Both the position numbers and the translations under genes were made by a program. Below the pieces are notes generated by a model, which was given only the letters and a program-made list of their open reading frames with translations, was not told the DNA's origin and did no database searches. A DNA stretch of 64,000 bases, taken from contig NW_027270916.1 in the NCBI RefSeq assembly GCF_040938485.1, positions 2,170,001-2,234,000 on the forward strand, given 5' to 3'. Below, piece after piece: positions 61,888 through 64,000 of the stretch; position 1 is the first letter of the stretch; every line of letters begins with the position of its first letter. The stretch is from Diadema antillarum. Taxonomy: Eukaryota.

Positions 61888-62174
61888 GTGAACAAATTAA
61901 TGGACGACGGGCGACATGTACATCGACGCCGAATGGTGTGCAATTGCAGCAGCTCAGACCATTAATATGTGCTATTGGAATAGTCTCTCAATTTTGACTA
62001 TTGGTATATAGATCTGGACATACTCTATTCGGTGAAGGAAGGCCTTTGTTGGCAAAATAATGCAACCAGCAAGGTGCGACGGATTATTCTATTATTGTGT
62101 GCATTGGAGAAAATTCAAGAAGCGTGACAATGTATTATACATGTACTACAAAAAGGTATGTGATGCAGTGCGTG

Positions 62175-62212
<38 letters not shown>

Positions 62213-64000
62213 GAGAGGTAACGATTGTATTGGGCGGTTTGAGTGAGAAAACAGCGGGTCTGTTTACTACTACGTCATAAAGAATTGAAAGAAACCACAG
62301 CCCCTCCCATTTCTCATCGTGTTGTTGTTGTTATTTTTTTTTAAATCTTTGTTTGCTTTGGGATACAGGTAGCTGAAAAACTGCCAATTTTGGTGACACT
62401 ATGTGCGTTTTCTACACGGCTCAATCAAATACCTTTTCCTTTCAAGCTTTCTGGTTTTACACACAACACACACGGACAAGAAGCAAACACCCATGTGTAC
62501 TATCTCTCCGCACACACGCGTGCGCGCTCTGGAAGCCGAGGTGCAAATAGCTCGTTACTAGGATGCATGTACACGACGTGTATTTACACATCTCTCAACA
62601 GAAGTTTTTCGAGATTGGAGCCTGGAAGCTTGTACTGTACTACCTTCATAAGAGCGCGAAACACGAACAGCCTGCCATAATCATACACTTCGAGCAAGAC
62701 TCTTGTTTTATGCGACGATATTTCTAAGGTTTTGTGGCGCGATGTTATCCGTAAGGTCTCTTCCCTATCATCCCTTAGCCTGGAGACAGTTACGCGTTCA
62801 GGGCATAAGCTTGGATTATACGCCATCCTTTCACTTTGGTTCTGCCACTAAGTATGTTATACAGCGACACATCCGCATGGGCCGTTAAACACGCTTTAAA
62901 ATTGAAAGTGACATATTGTTCGCCAGAGACTTCGTGGCATGCAGTATAAAGACAACAAACATCATTTTCTGTGTAATATTACCTGCTAACTACAGGATTC
63001 GATACATGCACGAGGAGTTTATCATACTGTTTTGACTATTTAGAGCATAGTTCTAATTGTGTAAACATATCAAGATGACAGAAAACTGCAACTAAAAGAT
63101 GAGAGACCGCGTGATCATCATAAATCAGTTGTACGTTTGTTTCCAAAAAGAGAAAAGTGTCACGCAATGAATGCTTTGCTTTCACTTTTCTTTCATTTTA
63201 TTCACTGCGTGAACCACTGTTTGAAATTGTCTTTGACAGATTTTGCCCACTTGTTGATATTCGTCGCTCTGATAAAATGCAGCGGACCTCTATCTGTCTG
63301 GTCGCCGGTCGCCTCCCCATCACCCATGCTAAGAGTTGCCCCACCAGCAAACCCGAGAGTGTCCAGACTCAATGATGTGTGAATCCACCAGTATTGACAT
63401 TTGAAATCTATGCAGTGAAAAGAAAGATTCAAGACAGACATTGCCAAATCTCCGCGAGCCGAACAATATTGATGTTAAGTCGCTCCATGGTTTAACGGAT
63501 CGCGATAAACAAAAGATTTGCGTTCCGGCGGTTACTGAATGCTTACGATGATCCATTTGCAATCGGGGCAACGGACTTTTTATGGCGGGTGCTCGAGCGA
63601 ACTTTGAATAGAAGCGGCCTCGTCCACGCGTATTGAACAAATCTCCAGACTCCCTCCTTGTGTACAGGTGTTTCTATTGTGCCATTTTATGACAGCTTGT
63701 ACCAACCCATCGTATTTCTTGTTTACCTCCATATTTCAACCAAGCAAAGAAGGAATACGTCAATCGGAAGTCAATATAAACGTCAGGGCTGTGCATAACT
63801 CACATATTATCATTATGATTATTGATATTTTCGCAATAGAAGCTACAGCAGGATCTCATTCCACAGACGCAGTCCAGTGTGAAGTGTCACAATATTTGAT
63901 GTGGTGCATTGTCTAGCTGGACTGACACATCATTCTACACGCCGGAGAAACACTGTCGAGGGAGCAAGAATCGAGCAAATCGTTGGATTAAGATCTCCCA

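Noticed and set aside
63137-63916. Short ORFs near the right edge
   Set aside because: No recognisable motif or consistent exon chain.

Overview
Eukaryotic DNA, probably from a marine invertebrate (AT-rich, many microsatellites, LINE/SINE/Helentron debris, GT-AG introns). The species cannot be determined from the sequence. About 0.9-53.4 kb is one modular tandem array of about 26 related units. Eight units carry an intronless minus-strand gene for a ~207-aa SGNH hydrolase (GHS / GSND / DGVH). Five have full-length ORFs (one with N90H), one has an in-frame deletion, one a late nonsense codon, and one is disrupted by a RNase H fragment. Each gene has an AATAAA about 150 nt past the stop and a promoter with a TATA-like box, an E2F site, two CCAAT boxes and four Sox/HMG motifs. 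About 18 units are 'empty': they keep the 3' flank and the upstream promoter block but lack the ORF, the TATA-like box and the AATAAA. The protein looks like the SGNH accessory domain of Ngaro-type tyrosine-recombinase retrotransposons, yet no cognate RT or recombinase is present. I infer an amplified, possibly domesticated, retroelement-derived esterase family evolving by birth and death, with many microhomology and templated-insertion scars. The array also holds L1/Tx1, L2, CR1 and Deu-type SINE insertions. Right of the array are a MITE, three coding exons of a C11orf98-like gene (minus strand) and a DINE-1/HINE-like non-autonomous Helentron. All alignments and translations were done by eye; no database searches were run.
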